Origin: Chiayiivirga sp.
Lineage (GTDB): Bacteria; Pseudomonadota; Gammaproteobacteria; Xanthomonadales; Xanthomonadaceae
Length of the DNA stretch: 64,000 bases
Strand: one strand, 5' to 3'
Assembly: GCF_022647565.1 (NCBI RefSeq)
Contig: NZ_JALCLA010000001.1
The notes below the pieces were generated by a model. That model worked only from the letters and a program-made list of their open reading frames with translations, ran no database searches and was not told where the DNA came from. A program made the position numbers and the translations under genes. The first letter of the stretch is position 1; every line of letters starts with the position of its first letter. Positions 17,151 to 25,401 of the stretch are shown here, in pieces.

Positions 17151-18707
17151 ATGAGCAAGTCGATCGACTCCACCCTTGTCTCCGATGGCGGCTCCCTGTA
17201 TCAGGCCGAAGGCAAGATTTACGCGCGCGAGATCCGCGGCCGGCTCGACAACCTGCGGCGGCTCGCGGTGGTGGTCCTGCTCGGGATGTATTACCTGTTC
17301 CCGTGGCTGGGCTGGGACGGGCGCCAGGCGGTGTTGTTCGACCTGCCCGCGCGCAAGTTCTACGTGTTCGGGCTCGCGTTCTGGCCGCAGGACTTCATCT
17401 TCCTCGCGCTGCTGTTGATCGTTGCGGGGCTGGCGCTGTTCTTTTTCACCGCGCTCGCCGGTCGCCTGTGGTGCGGCTACGCCTGCCCGCAGACGGTCTG
17501 GACCGAAGTCTTCCTCTGGATGGAGACCTGGACCGAAGGCGACCGCGCGCGCCGGATGAAACTCGATGCCGGGCCCTGGACGCGCGAGAAATGGTTGCGC
17601 AAGGGCTCCAAGCACGTGCTCTGGTTCACCTTCGCGCTGTGGACCGGTTTCACCTTCGTCGGTTTCTTCACCCCGATCCGCGACCTCGGCGCGCGCCTCG
17701 TGCCCTTCGACTGGGGTGGCTGGGAGACGTTCTGGGTGCTGTTCTACGCCTTTGCCACCTGGGGCAATGCCGGCGTGCTGCGCGAACAGGTGTGCAAGTA
17801 CATGTGTCCGTACGCGCGCTTCCAGGGCGCGATGTTCGACCGCGACACCCTGATCATCGCCTACGACCCGATGCGCGGCGAACCGCGCGGCTCGCGCAAG
17901 CGCGGCCTCGGCAGCGTGCTGGCGCGCGGGCGCGACTTGCTGTCGTTGGAAGCCGCCGAACGCTGGCTGCTGCAGGCGCGGCTGCGACCGAGTGCGGCGG
18001 ATGCGCGGGTCGAGGCGCGACGCACCACGGGCGAGTTCGACACGGCGGCCGAAGCGCTCGAACCCTTGCCGGCACCGACCGCGGCAGAGCTCGGCGACTG
18101 CATCGACTGCACCTTGTGCGTGCAGGTCTGTCCCACCGGCATCGATATCCGCAATGGCCTGCAGTACGAGTGCATTGCCTGCGGCGCCTGCATCGATGCC
18201 TGCGACCAGGTCATGGACAAGCTCGAGTATCCGCGCGGGTTGATCCGCTACACCACGCAGAATGCGCTCGACGGCAAGCGCACTCGCGTGCTGCGTCCGC
18301 GCATCTGGGTCTACGGATTGCTGCTGCTGACCTTGCTGCTGGGCTGGGGTTGGGGCGTGACCCATCGCGCCACCCTGATCGTCGAGGTGCTGCGCGATCG
18401 CAACGCGTTGTATCGGGTCACCGCCACCGGCTCGATCGAAAACGGCTACACCCTGAAAGTGGTCAACAAGGCCGATTCACCGCGGCGCTTCCGCGTCAGC
18501 CTGGAGGAATCCGGGCCGGTACGCTTGCGCGATGGCACGTTCGACGTGGAGGCGGGCGCCGAGAGCGTGCTCAACCAGCCCCTGACCCTGGTGGCTCCCG
18601 CCGGTGGCGTGAGTGGCCGACGCGAGTTGCGCATCGTGGTGGAAACCCTGTCCGAACCGGTCACCAGCGCCCGCGTCGAGACGGCATTCTTCGGGCCCGC
18701 GCCGTGA
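17151..18707 (+). CDS. ccoG: cbb3 oxidase accessory ferredoxin CcoG (FixG)
   Basis: TM N-domain, two 4Fe-4S motifs (CIDCTLCVQVCP, CIACGACIDAC), C-terminal beta domain. Start taken at the internal ATG 17151, because the track ORF extends into the repeat. Confidence 0.9.
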   Translation: MSKSIDSTLVSDGGSLYQAEGKIYAREIRGRLDNLRRLAVVVLLGMYYLFPWLGWDGRQAVLFDLPARKFYVFGLAFWPQDFIFLALLLIVAGLALFFFTALAGRLWCGYACPQTVWTEVFLWMETWTEGDRARRMKLDAGPWTREKWLRKGSKHVLWFTFALWTGFTFVGFFTPIRDLGARLVPFDWGGWETFWVLFYAFATWGNAGVLREQVCKYMCPYARFQGAMFDRDTLIIAYDPMRGEPRGSRKRGLGSVLARGRDLLSLEAAERWLLQARLRPSAADARVEARRTTGEFDTAAEALEPLPAPTAAELGDCIDCTLCVQVCPTGIDIRNGLQYECIACGACIDACDQVMDKLEYPRGLIRYTTQNALDGKRTRVLRPRIWVYGLLLLTLLLGWGWGVTHRATLIVEVLRDRNALYRVTATGSIENGYTLKVVNKADSPRRFRVSLEESGPVRLRDGTFDVEAGAESVLNQPLTLVAPAGGVSGRRELRIVVETLSEPVTSARVETAFFGPAP

Positions 18708-18715
18708 GCCCGGTA

Positions 18716-19210
18716 ATGCCAAGGCATGCCCTGCGCGAACCGATGGTATGGCTGGTGGTGGCCTTGCCGCTGGCGGCGGTGATCGCGGGCATCACCACCC
18801 TGGTGCTCGCGTTGCGCAGCGGCGGTGCCGATGCAGTGCCGGCCGAGGTGCGGCGCACGGCGCAGATCCAGGTGGAAGATGTCGCGGCCGACCAACGCGC
18901 CTTGCGCGACGGTTTGTCCGCAAGCCTCGTCGTTGACCGGCAGACGGGCGCGCTGGAGTTGCGGCTGTCGCCGGCGCCGACGCCGACGCCCGTCCAGCTG
19001 CAATTGCACCTGGCGCACCCGCAACGTGCCGATGCCGATCTCGAGTTGCGCCTGGTGCAATCGGGTGCAGGCTGGCACGGTCGCATCGAGCCACGGCGCG
19101 CACATGCCTGGAACCTGCGCCTGATGCCGGCGGATTCGAGCTGGCGACTGGTTGGCCGGATCGAGCCGGATGCCTCGCAGGTCGAGCTGCATCCGGCACT
19201 GCGCGACTAG
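18716..19210 (+). CDS. ccoH: CcoH/FixH family protein
   Basis: 164 aa, single N-terminal TM (MVWLVVALPLAAVIAGITTLVLAL) plus a periplasmic domain. In the track it is hidden in the tail of the spurious 17303..19210 ORF. An alternative GTG start exists at 18704. Confidence 0.75.
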   Translation: MPRHALREPMVWLVVALPLAAVIAGITTLVLALRSGGADAVPAEVRRTAQIQVEDVAADQRALRDGLSASLVVDRQTGALELRLSPAPTPTPVQLQLHLAHPQRADADLELRLVQSGAGWHGRIEPRRAHAWNLRLMPADSSWRLVGRIEPDASQVELHPALRD

Positions 19211-19222
19211 GGCACGGCTGGG

Positions 19223-21604
19223 TTGCGGGAAGTGGATGTCGCCTCGCGCTGCTTCCATTGCGGTGAAGCCCTGCCGGCAACGCCGTCGTGGGTCGAGCTC
19301 GATGGCCTGCGCGCTCCGGTCTGCTGTGATGGCTGTGCCGCAGCGGCCGCATGGATCGGTGGTGCCGGACTGGGCGACTACTACCGCCTGCGCCAGCGCG
19401 AGGCCCCACGCGTCGCCAGCCACGCCGACGACTACGCCGCATGGTTGCACCCCGAGGTGCTGGCCGAGCACGCGCACCGAGTGGCCAATGGTTGGGAACT
19501 TACCTTCATCGTCGAGGGCATGCGCTGCGCCGCCTGTGCATGGCTGATCGATCGCGCCCTGGGCCGCATCGACGGCGTGCTCGACCTCAGTGCCAACGCT
19601 GTCACCGGGCGCGTGCGCGTGGCCTGGGATCCGCAGCGCGTCGACTTGCCCACGCTGCTGCAGCGCCTGGCAAGCCTGGGGTTCACGCCGCAGTTGGCAA
19701 CGGGGCTCGCGCGCGAGCAGGGACATCGCCGCGCGCGCCGCAGCGACCTGATGCGCCTGGGCGTGGCCGGGCTCGGCGCAATGCAGGCAATGATGTTCGC
19801 CGAAGCCCTGTTCCTCGACACCCGCGGCGAGATGCCGCTGGCGACGCGCGACTTCCTGCGCTGGATCGCCTTCCTCGTGTCGACGCCCGTGGTGTTCTAC
19901 GCCGGCTGGCCGTTTCTCGCGGGCATGGCGCGCGAGCTCCGCGGCCGCCGCCTCGGCATGGACAGCCTGGTCGCGGTGTCGGTGTTGCTGGCCTATGGCG
20001 CGAGCCTGGTCGAGACGCTGCGTGGCGGCGTGCATGTCTGGTTCGATGCGGCGGTGATGTTCGTGTTCCTGCTGCTGGTGGCGCGACAACTCGAAACGCT
20101 GGCACGGCGCCGTGCGCGGGCCCGGATCGATGCCTTGGCACGGGCCCGCCCGGCACTTGCCACGCGCGAATCGGACGATGGGACGCTGCGCCAGGTGGCG
20201 CTTGCGGCCTTGCAGTGCGGCGATGTGGTGCGGGTCGCGGCCGGCGATGCCTTGCCGGCCGACGGTGAGGTGCTGGATCGCGCCGCCAGCCTCGACGAGT
20301 CGCTGCTCAGCGGTGAATCGCGACCGGTAACGCGCCAACCAGGAGAGGTGGTGTTGGCGGGCAGTGTCTGTCGCGAGAACGGTCTGCGGTACCGCATCAC
20401 CCAGACCGGCAGCGATACGCGCCTGGCCGACCTGGTGCGGCTGGTGGAACGCGCGCAAGGCGAACGCCCGCGCCTGGCGCGCCTGGCCGACCGCGTTGCC
20501 GCCTGGTTTGCGTTGGCGATGTTCGTGCTGTCCGCGCTGGTGTTCGTGGCGTGGTGGCAGCTCGAGCCGGCGCGCGCCTTCGAGATTGCGCTCGCGGTGC
20601 TGGTGGTGAGTTGCCCTTGCGCCTTGTCGCTGGCCATTCCGACCGCGCTGGCGGCGGCGCATTCCAGCCTGGCGCGCCTCGGTGTGCTGGCAGTGCGCGG
20701 CGAAGCGCTGGAGATTGCGGCGCGCGTGGATTCCATCCTGCTGGACAAGACCGGAACGCTCACCCTGCCGACGCCCGGCCTGGCGTCGATCCATGTGTTT
20801 GCACCGGCCCAGGCCGAGTGGGTGCGATCCGTGGTGGCCGGCTTGCAACGCGACAGCCGGCACCCGCTGGCGTCTGCGTTCCAATTCGTCGATGCCAAGC
20901 CTGCGGCGATGCTCGACGGCGTGGAATCGGTGCCGGGGCAGGGCTTGCGCGGCTACCTCGACCGGCGCGAGTTGCGCCTGGGTCGGGGCGACTTCGCCAC
21001 GGGTGCCTGCGACGACGGCGCCGTGTGGCTTGGAGATGGCCATACTCCCCTGGCGCGCTTCGAACTGACGCAAGTGCCGCGAGGCGACGCTGCCGAAACC
21101 CTGGCGCGACTGCGCGCGCAAGGACTGGCGCTGGAGATCTCCAGCGGTGATGGCGAAGATGCCGTGCGCGAGGTGGCCCGGCAGTTCAAGGTGGCAAGGT
21201 GGAGCGCGCGCCAGAGCCCGGCGCTGAAGCTCGAGCGACTGCGCGCGCTGCAGCAGGCCGGACACTGCGTGGCGATGCTGGGCGACGGCATCAATGATGC
21301 GCCGGTGCTGGCCGGTGCCGACGTGTCCTTTGCCTTGGGTGAAGGAGCCGGGCTGGCGCATCGGGCCGCGGACTTCGTGCTGGCCGGAACATCGCTGCGC
21401 GCCTTGCCGGCGACCCTGGCGCTGGCACGCCGCACTCGTCGCGTGACGCGGCAGAACCTGGCCTGGGCCGTGCTCTACAACGCCGCGGCCTTGCCGTTTG
21501 CCGCACTGGGATGGGTTCCGCCGTGGCTGGCGGCACTGGGAATGGCGCTATCCTCGTTGCTGGTCACGGTGAACGCACTGCGCCTGTTGCGAGTCGACGC
21601 ATGA
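19223..21604 (+). CDS. ccoI: Copper-translocating P1B-type ATPase CcoI (FixI)
   Basis: N-terminal Cys-rich region, HMA-like motif GMRCAACA, CPC in TM6, DKTGTLT phosphorylation site, GDGINDAP. Confidence 0.9.
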   Translation: MREVDVASRCFHCGEALPATPSWVELDGLRAPVCCDGCAAAAAWIGGAGLGDYYRLRQREAPRVASHADDYAAWLHPEVLAEHAHRVANGWELTFIVEGMRCAACAWLIDRALGRIDGVLDLSANAVTGRVRVAWDPQRVDLPTLLQRLASLGFTPQLATGLAREQGHRRARRSDLMRLGVAGLGAMQAMMFAEALFLDTRGEMPLATRDFLRWIAFLVSTPVVFYAGWPFLAGMARELRGRRLGMDSLVAVSVLLAYGASLVETLRGGVHVWFDAAVMFVFLLLVARQLETLARRRARARIDALARARPALATRESDDGTLRQVALAALQCGDVVRVAAGDALPADGEVLDRAASLDESLLSGESRPVTRQPGEVVLAGSVCRENGLRYRITQTGSDTRLADLVRLVERAQGERPRLARLADRVAAWFALAMFVLSALVFVAWWQLEPARAFEIALAVLVVSCPCALSLAIPTALAAAHSSLARLGVLAVRGEALEIAARVDSILLDKTGTLTLPTPGLASIHVFAPAQAEWVRSVVAGLQRDSRHPLASAFQFVDAKPAAMLDGVESVPGQGLRGYLDRRELRLGRGDFATGACDDGAVWLGDGHTPLARFELTQVPRGDAAETLARLRAQGLALEISSGDGEDAVREVARQFKVARWSARQSPALKLERLRALQQAGHCVAMLGDGINDAPVLAGADVSFALGEGAGLAHRAADFVLAGTSLRALPATLALARRTRRVTRQNLAWAVLYNAAALPFAALGWVPPWLAALGMALSSLLVTVNALRLLRVDA

Positions 21605-21774
21605 ACATCTTGCTATTGCTGGTGCCACTCAGCGTCGTCCTGGTCGGGGCCGCGATCTGGGCCTTCGTCTGGGCCGTGCGCGGCGGGCAGTTCGACGACC
21701 TGGATGCGCCGCCACTCGACATCCTGGGCGACGACATGCTGCCCCGACCCGAGCGCCGCGATCCACCGCCTTGA
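21601..21774 (+). CDS. ccoS: cbb3 oxidase maturation protein CcoS (FixS)
   Basis: 57 aa, MNILLLLVPLSVVLVGAAIWAFVWAVRGGQFDDLD. ATGA overlap with ccoI. Confidence 0.75.
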   Translation: MNILLLLVPLSVVLVGAAIWAFVWAVRGGQFDDLDAPPLDILGDDMLPRPERRDPPP

Positions 21775-22502
21775 TGCCGGTCGATCTGATCGCGCTCGGG
21801 GCTGCCTTCCTCACCGGCTTGCTGGGAAGCGTGCATTGCGTGGCGATGTGCGGCGGCATCGCCACCGGCTTCGGCATCGCGAGCACGGCGTCGACGTCGG
21901 CCCTGGCCCGCGCGCTGCGGCTCAATCTGGGCCGCGTGACCGGATACGTCGTTGCCGGGCTGCTGGTCGGCGGCGTCGGCGCGGGCGTGCTGTCGCTGGC
22001 GCGCATCGACGGGCTGGCCGTCGCGCTGCGCAGCGCGCTCGGCGCAATCCTCGTGCTGGCGGCCCTGCGCCTGTTCGACACCCGCGGTCGCCTCGGTTTC
22101 GTGCAACGCCCCGCGGCTGCGCTGTGGCGCGTGCTGGCGCCGCTGCAACGCCGCTTGCTTCCCGCCGACACCCCGCTGCGGCAACTGGGTCTGGGCCTGC
22201 TCTGGGGCTGGCTGCCCTGCGGGTTGAGCACGACGATGCTGTTCGCGGCGTGGCTGGAAGCCGATGCACTGCATGCCGGACTGCTGATGGCGAGCTTCGG
22301 CGCCGGCACCTTGCCCGCCATGGTGCCGCTCACCTGGAGCGGGGCGCGGATCATGCGCCGCCTGGCGCAACCGGGGGCACGGCGCGCGGCGGGTACCGTG
22401 ATCCTGTGCGCCGGCATCGTTACGCTGGCGGCGCCCTGGTTGATGCAGGTGCCGGCCCTGCATGCGGTGCTGGCGGCGCTGGGATGTCGTTCGCTCGGCT
22501 GA
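21774..22502 (+). CDS. TauE/SafE (DsbD_2-like) family membrane protein commonly encoded after ccoS
   Basis: HCVAMCGG motif in TM1, 6-7 TM. TGATG overlap with ccoS. The track starts 3 nt earlier at a TTG. Confidence 0.7.
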   Translation: MPVDLIALGAAFLTGLLGSVHCVAMCGGIATGFGIASTASTSALARALRLNLGRVTGYVVAGLLVGGVGAGVLSLARIDGLAVALRSALGAILVLAALRLFDTRGRLGFVQRPAAALWRVLAPLQRRLLPADTPLRQLGLGLLWGWLPCGLSTTMLFAAWLEADALHAGLLMASFGAGTLPAMVPLTWSGARIMRRLAQPGARRAAGTVILCAGIVTLAAPWLMQVPALHAVLAALGCRSLG

Positions 22503-22518
22503 ACCGCTCCCGCCGGAC

Positions 22519-23259
22519 TCAGCCGGTAGTGCCGTCCAGATGCACGCGCCTCGCCAGCTGCGCGGCCTGCAGCAGGCGGACCTGGCGCCCGCGCACCGCG
22601 ATCGTCCCGTCTTCCTGCAGCTTGGTAAAGCTGCGGCTGACGGTTTCGATCACGAGGCCGAGGTAGCTGCCAATCTCCTCGCGCGTCATCGGCAGGGAGA
22701 ATGCGTCCGGATCGCGGCCCAGCGCGGTGTAGCGTTCGGAGAGGCTGTGCAGGAACAGCATCACCCGGTCGGTTGCATGGCGGCGGCTCAGCATTTCCAG
22801 ATGATCCTGGTCGCGCCCCATGCTGCGTCCGATGACGCGCAGCAACTGGCGTTGCAAGCCGGGGATCTGCGCCGCGACCTGCTGCAGCTCCGACAGCGGC
22901 ACCTCGCAGACCCGTGCCGATTCCAGTGCCACCGCATCGCAGCGGTGCTGGCCGTCGCCGAGGGCGTCCAGTCCGATCAGTTCGCCGGGCAGGTGGAAGC
23001 CAATCACCTGCTGCTCGCCCTCCTCGCTGGTCACCACGGTCTTGAACGAGCCGTCGCGCGCCACGTAGACATTGCCGAGTGCGGAGCCGGTACGGAACAG
23101 ATGCTCGCCACGGGCGACCTGGCGACGGCGACGCACCAGCCGGTCCAGTCGGTCGACCTCGTTCATGCCGATGCCGGCGGGAAGGCAGAGCTGGCGCAGG
23201 GAACACTGGTTGCAACTGCGCCGCAGGTCGGCGAGATCGAGGACGGCGGACGAGGACAT
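22519..23259 (-). CDS. FNR/Anr-type transcriptional regulator (second paralogue)
   Basis: 246 aa; N-terminal CNQCSLRQLC (C-x2-C-x5-C) plus a central Cys; HTH ETVSRSFTKL. Confidence 0.88.
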   Translation of the reverse strand: MSSSAVLDLADLRRSCNQCSLRQLCLPAGIGMNEVDRLDRLVRRRRQVARGEHLFRTGSALGNVYVARDGSFKTVVTSEEGEQQVIGFHLPGELIGLDALGDGQHRCDAVALESARVCEVPLSELQQVAAQIPGLQRQLLRVIGRSMGRDQDHLEMLSRRHATDRVMLFLHSLSERYTALGRDPDAFSLPMTREEIGSYLGLVIETVSRSFTKLQEDGTIAVRGRQVRLLQAAQLARRVHLDGTTG

Positions 23260-23331
23260 GGCGACAGCTTAGCGAGCGCTGGCGCGCGCCACCAGTCGAT
23301 GCCGGGCCGCGAGCGCTGCATCGGCCGGTCA

Positions 23332-23345
23332 TTGATCCAGATCAG
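23332..23345. promoter_or_regulatory. FNR box TTGATccagATCAG in the divergent fnr2/HiPIP intergenic region
   Basis: 9/10 match with the same ccag spacer; 73 nt before the HiPIP ATG and 73 nt before the fnr2 start. Confidence 0.5.
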
Positions 23346-23404
23346 TTGCACAGCCGTGCGCGAGGCATAGACTCTCCCCCACCATCGCCAGCAAGGAGCC
23401 AGCC

Positions 23405-23737
23405 ATGTCGTTCCAGTCTGTTTCGCGTCGTCGTTTTCTCGTGGGTACCGCGGTCGCCGCCGGTGCCGCCCCGTTTGCGGCCTGCCTCTTGTCCCGGCCC
23501 GCCATGGCGCAGGATCTCGCCCCACTGCCGGCCGATAACGCCACCGCAGTGGCGCTGGCCTATGCCGAGGATGCTGCCACGGTGAAGCACGCCAGCTTCA
23601 AGGCCGGCAGCGATTGCGCCAATTGCCAGTTCTTCACCGGCAAGGCCGGCGAAGCACGGGGCGGCTGCAGCCTGTTCCCGACCTTCAGCGTCGCATCCAA
23701 GGGCTGGTGTTCGGCCTGGGCCGCCAAGCCAGCCTGA
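23405..23737 (+). CDS. High-potential iron-sulfur protein (HiPIP) with Tat signal
   Basis: RRRFLVG twin-arginine motif; four Cys in the HiPIP pattern (CANCQFF...GGCSLF...GWCSAW). AAGGAG lies 8 nt upstream. Confidence 0.85.
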   Translation: MSFQSVSRRRFLVGTAVAAGAAPFAACLLSRPAMAQDLAPLPADNATAVALAYAEDAATVKHASFKAGSDCANCQFFTGKAGEARGGCSLFPTFSVASKGWCSAWAAKPA

Positions 23738-23833
23738 ACCCCTGCGGCAGCGCGAGGCTGAAGCGCCAGCCCGCGCTGCGCCCGACCTGAAGGCTGTCCT
23801 ACACTGGGCAGGGTTCATCCTGCCCCGTGGGCC

Positions 23834-24661
23834 ATGCCGGAATTCGTGGTCAGCCGCCTGCTCGACACGCCCACCCTCGCGGTGCGGCGTGTGCTGTGTG
23901 CGGGTCACTGCCGGCATCGCAGTGCCGAGGAGTGTTCCGCGGCGACCCATCTGGTATTCCCGTACCGCGGCACCTACCTGCGCCATGTGGGCAGCGACCA
24001 GGCGGTCGCCGATGCCAACCATGTGCTGTTCTTCAATGCCGGCGAGGCCTATCAGGTCAGCCATCCGGTCGCGGGCGGCGATGCCTGTCTGGTGCTGGCC
24101 TTGTCGCAGCCCTTGCTGCGTGAACTGACGCCGGCGGACCTGGCGCAGAAACGCGACGAGTTCGGATTCCGCGTGCAGAGCCTGCGCATCGATGCCCGCG
24201 CGCAGGCCTTGGTGGCCTTGCTGCACCACAGCCTGGAGCGCGGCAGCATCGAGACCCTGGAGGCCGAAAGCCTGCTGCTCACCCTGGTGAGTCGCACCCT
24301 GGGGCCGCGCACCACGCATGCCGCCGGATCGACGCCGGCAAGGCGTCGTCTGGTTGATCGGGTGAAGCTGCTGCTCGCGAGCGATCTCTCCCGGCGCTGG
24401 ACGCTGACCGGGATTGCGAGCGAGATCGGCGGGTCGGCGGTGTATCTCACCCAGGCCTTCCAGCAGGTGGAAGGCTTGCCGCTGTATCAGTACCAGCTGC
24501 GCCTGCGCCTGGCGCGAGCGCTGGACCGGCTCGCTGCTTGCGAGGACATGGCGGCCCTGGCGCTGGACCTGGGTTTTTCCAGCCACAGTCATTTCACCTC
24601 GGCCTTCAGGCAGGCTTACGGACGCTCGCCGAGCGAATTCCGGAAGGCGCTTTCCTCTTGA
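23834..24661 (+). CDS. AraC-family transcriptional regulator
   Basis: C-terminal double HTH (WTLTGIASEIGGSAVYLTQAFQQ..., SSHSHFTSAFRQAYGRSPSEFRK). Confidence 0.85.
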   Translation: MPEFVVSRLLDTPTLAVRRVLCAGHCRHRSAEECSAATHLVFPYRGTYLRHVGSDQAVADANHVLFFNAGEAYQVSHPVAGGDACLVLALSQPLLRELTPADLAQKRDEFGFRVQSLRIDARAQALVALLHHSLERGSIETLEAESLLLTLVSRTLGPRTTHAAGSTPARRRLVDRVKLLLASDLSRRWTLTGIASEIGGSAVYLTQAFQQVEGLPLYQYQLRLRLARALDRLAACEDMAALALDLGFSSHSHFTSAFRQAYGRSPSEFRKALSS

Positions 24662-24866
24662 GCTTTGCGTGAATAGTTGACGAGAGACTGGGCGTCCTTC
24701 GACTTCGGCCTCTTCGCGACCTACGCTCGGTGCCGCCTGTGACAAGAGGCGGCGCCATGAGTTTTCAGGATGAGCGGCATTCACGAACCCCGCTCATCCT
24801 GAGCGTAGCGCCCAAGGCGCGACGTCGAAGGACGCGGGCTGTCAGCCAATTGCGCAAGTCTCAATA
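24662..24866. mobile_element. MITE family A, copy 1 (hairpin-rich, carries an extra ~38 nt insert)
   Basis: About 90% identical to the 59813-59981 copy apart from the insert. It contains nested long stems (GCGTCCTTCGACTTCG/CGAAGTCGAAGGACGC and CTACGCTC..GATGAGCGG/CCGCTCATC..GAGCGTAG). The right terminal repeat is TTGCGCAAGTCTCAAT. Confidence 0.6.
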
Positions 24867-24972
24867 GCTCGCGCGGCCGCTATCGATCGCTAAAGATCCT
24901 GACAGCGGCGCGCAACGCCGAATGGTCTCCTGTGCGTGCTCGGAATGCGGGCATCACCCGAGGATGCGTGTC

Positions 24973-25113
24973 ATGGCAGAGAAGACCTGTGCGGCCTGCG
25001 ACTACCCCCTGGATGCGACGGCGATCCAGGTGACCATCGGTGGGCGCGTGGTGGAAGTGTGTTGCGAGGAGTGCGCGCAGAAGCTGGGCGAAGCCCAGGC
25101 GCAGGGCGCGTAA
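24973..25113 (+). CDS. TRASH-domain (C-x2-C-x22-C-x3-C) metal-binding mini-protein, 46 aa
   Basis: MAEKTCAACDYPLDATAIQVTIGGRVVEVCCEECAQKLGEAQAQGA. GAGGA lies 9 nt upstream. The stop is 2 nt before the next ATG. Confidence 0.5.
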   Translation: MAEKTCAACDYPLDATAIQVTIGGRVVEVCCEECAQKLGEAQAQGA

Positions 25114-25115
25114 GC

Positions 25116-25310
25116 ATGGATCGCCGTTGCTTCCTGATGTGGTCGGGGGCGGCGCTTGCGGCGGCGGCAACCGGAGGCTGCGCGTCGTCGACGCGCAGCC
25201 TCGCGACCCGCGAATCGCCCCCTGCACTGGGCGCAACCGCTTTCCATTCGCTGCGACGCCTCGTTACCACGCGTTTTGGCGACATTGCCTATGTCGAACA
25301 GGGCGGGAGG
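25116..25310 (+). pseudogene. Possible remnant: signal peptide plus the first ~65 aa of an alpha/beta-hydrolase-like protein, followed by loss of coding signal
   Basis: MDRRCFLMWSGAALAAAATGGCASS...FHSLRRLVTTRFGDIAYVEQGG is hydrolase-like. Downstream codon usage degrades and the DUF3667 gene takes over in another frame. Confidence 0.25.
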
Positions 25311-25401
25311 AATCGCGGTTCCGGAATGCCGTCGGAGGAAATCGCCTGTTCCTGCGTACGGCGGGAAGGCGCGTCCCGCGTCGGCATTCGGACCCTTCTT
25401 C

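Noticed and set aside
16456-17154. 232 aa and 200 aa plus-strand ORFs (16456..17154 and 16529..17131) and the 328 aa minus-strand ORF spanning the ccoP-ccoG spacer
   Set aside because: They traverse the inverted-repeat element and are low-complexity with internal repetition caused by the DNA repeats. No start or RBS context was found; they are better explained as a non-coding element.
18446-21361. 971 aa minus-strand ORF antisense to ccoI, and the 635 aa ORF 17303..19210
   Set aside because: Antisense or alternate-frame artefacts of ccoG and ccoI. Only the 3' end of 17303..19210 is real (ccoH).
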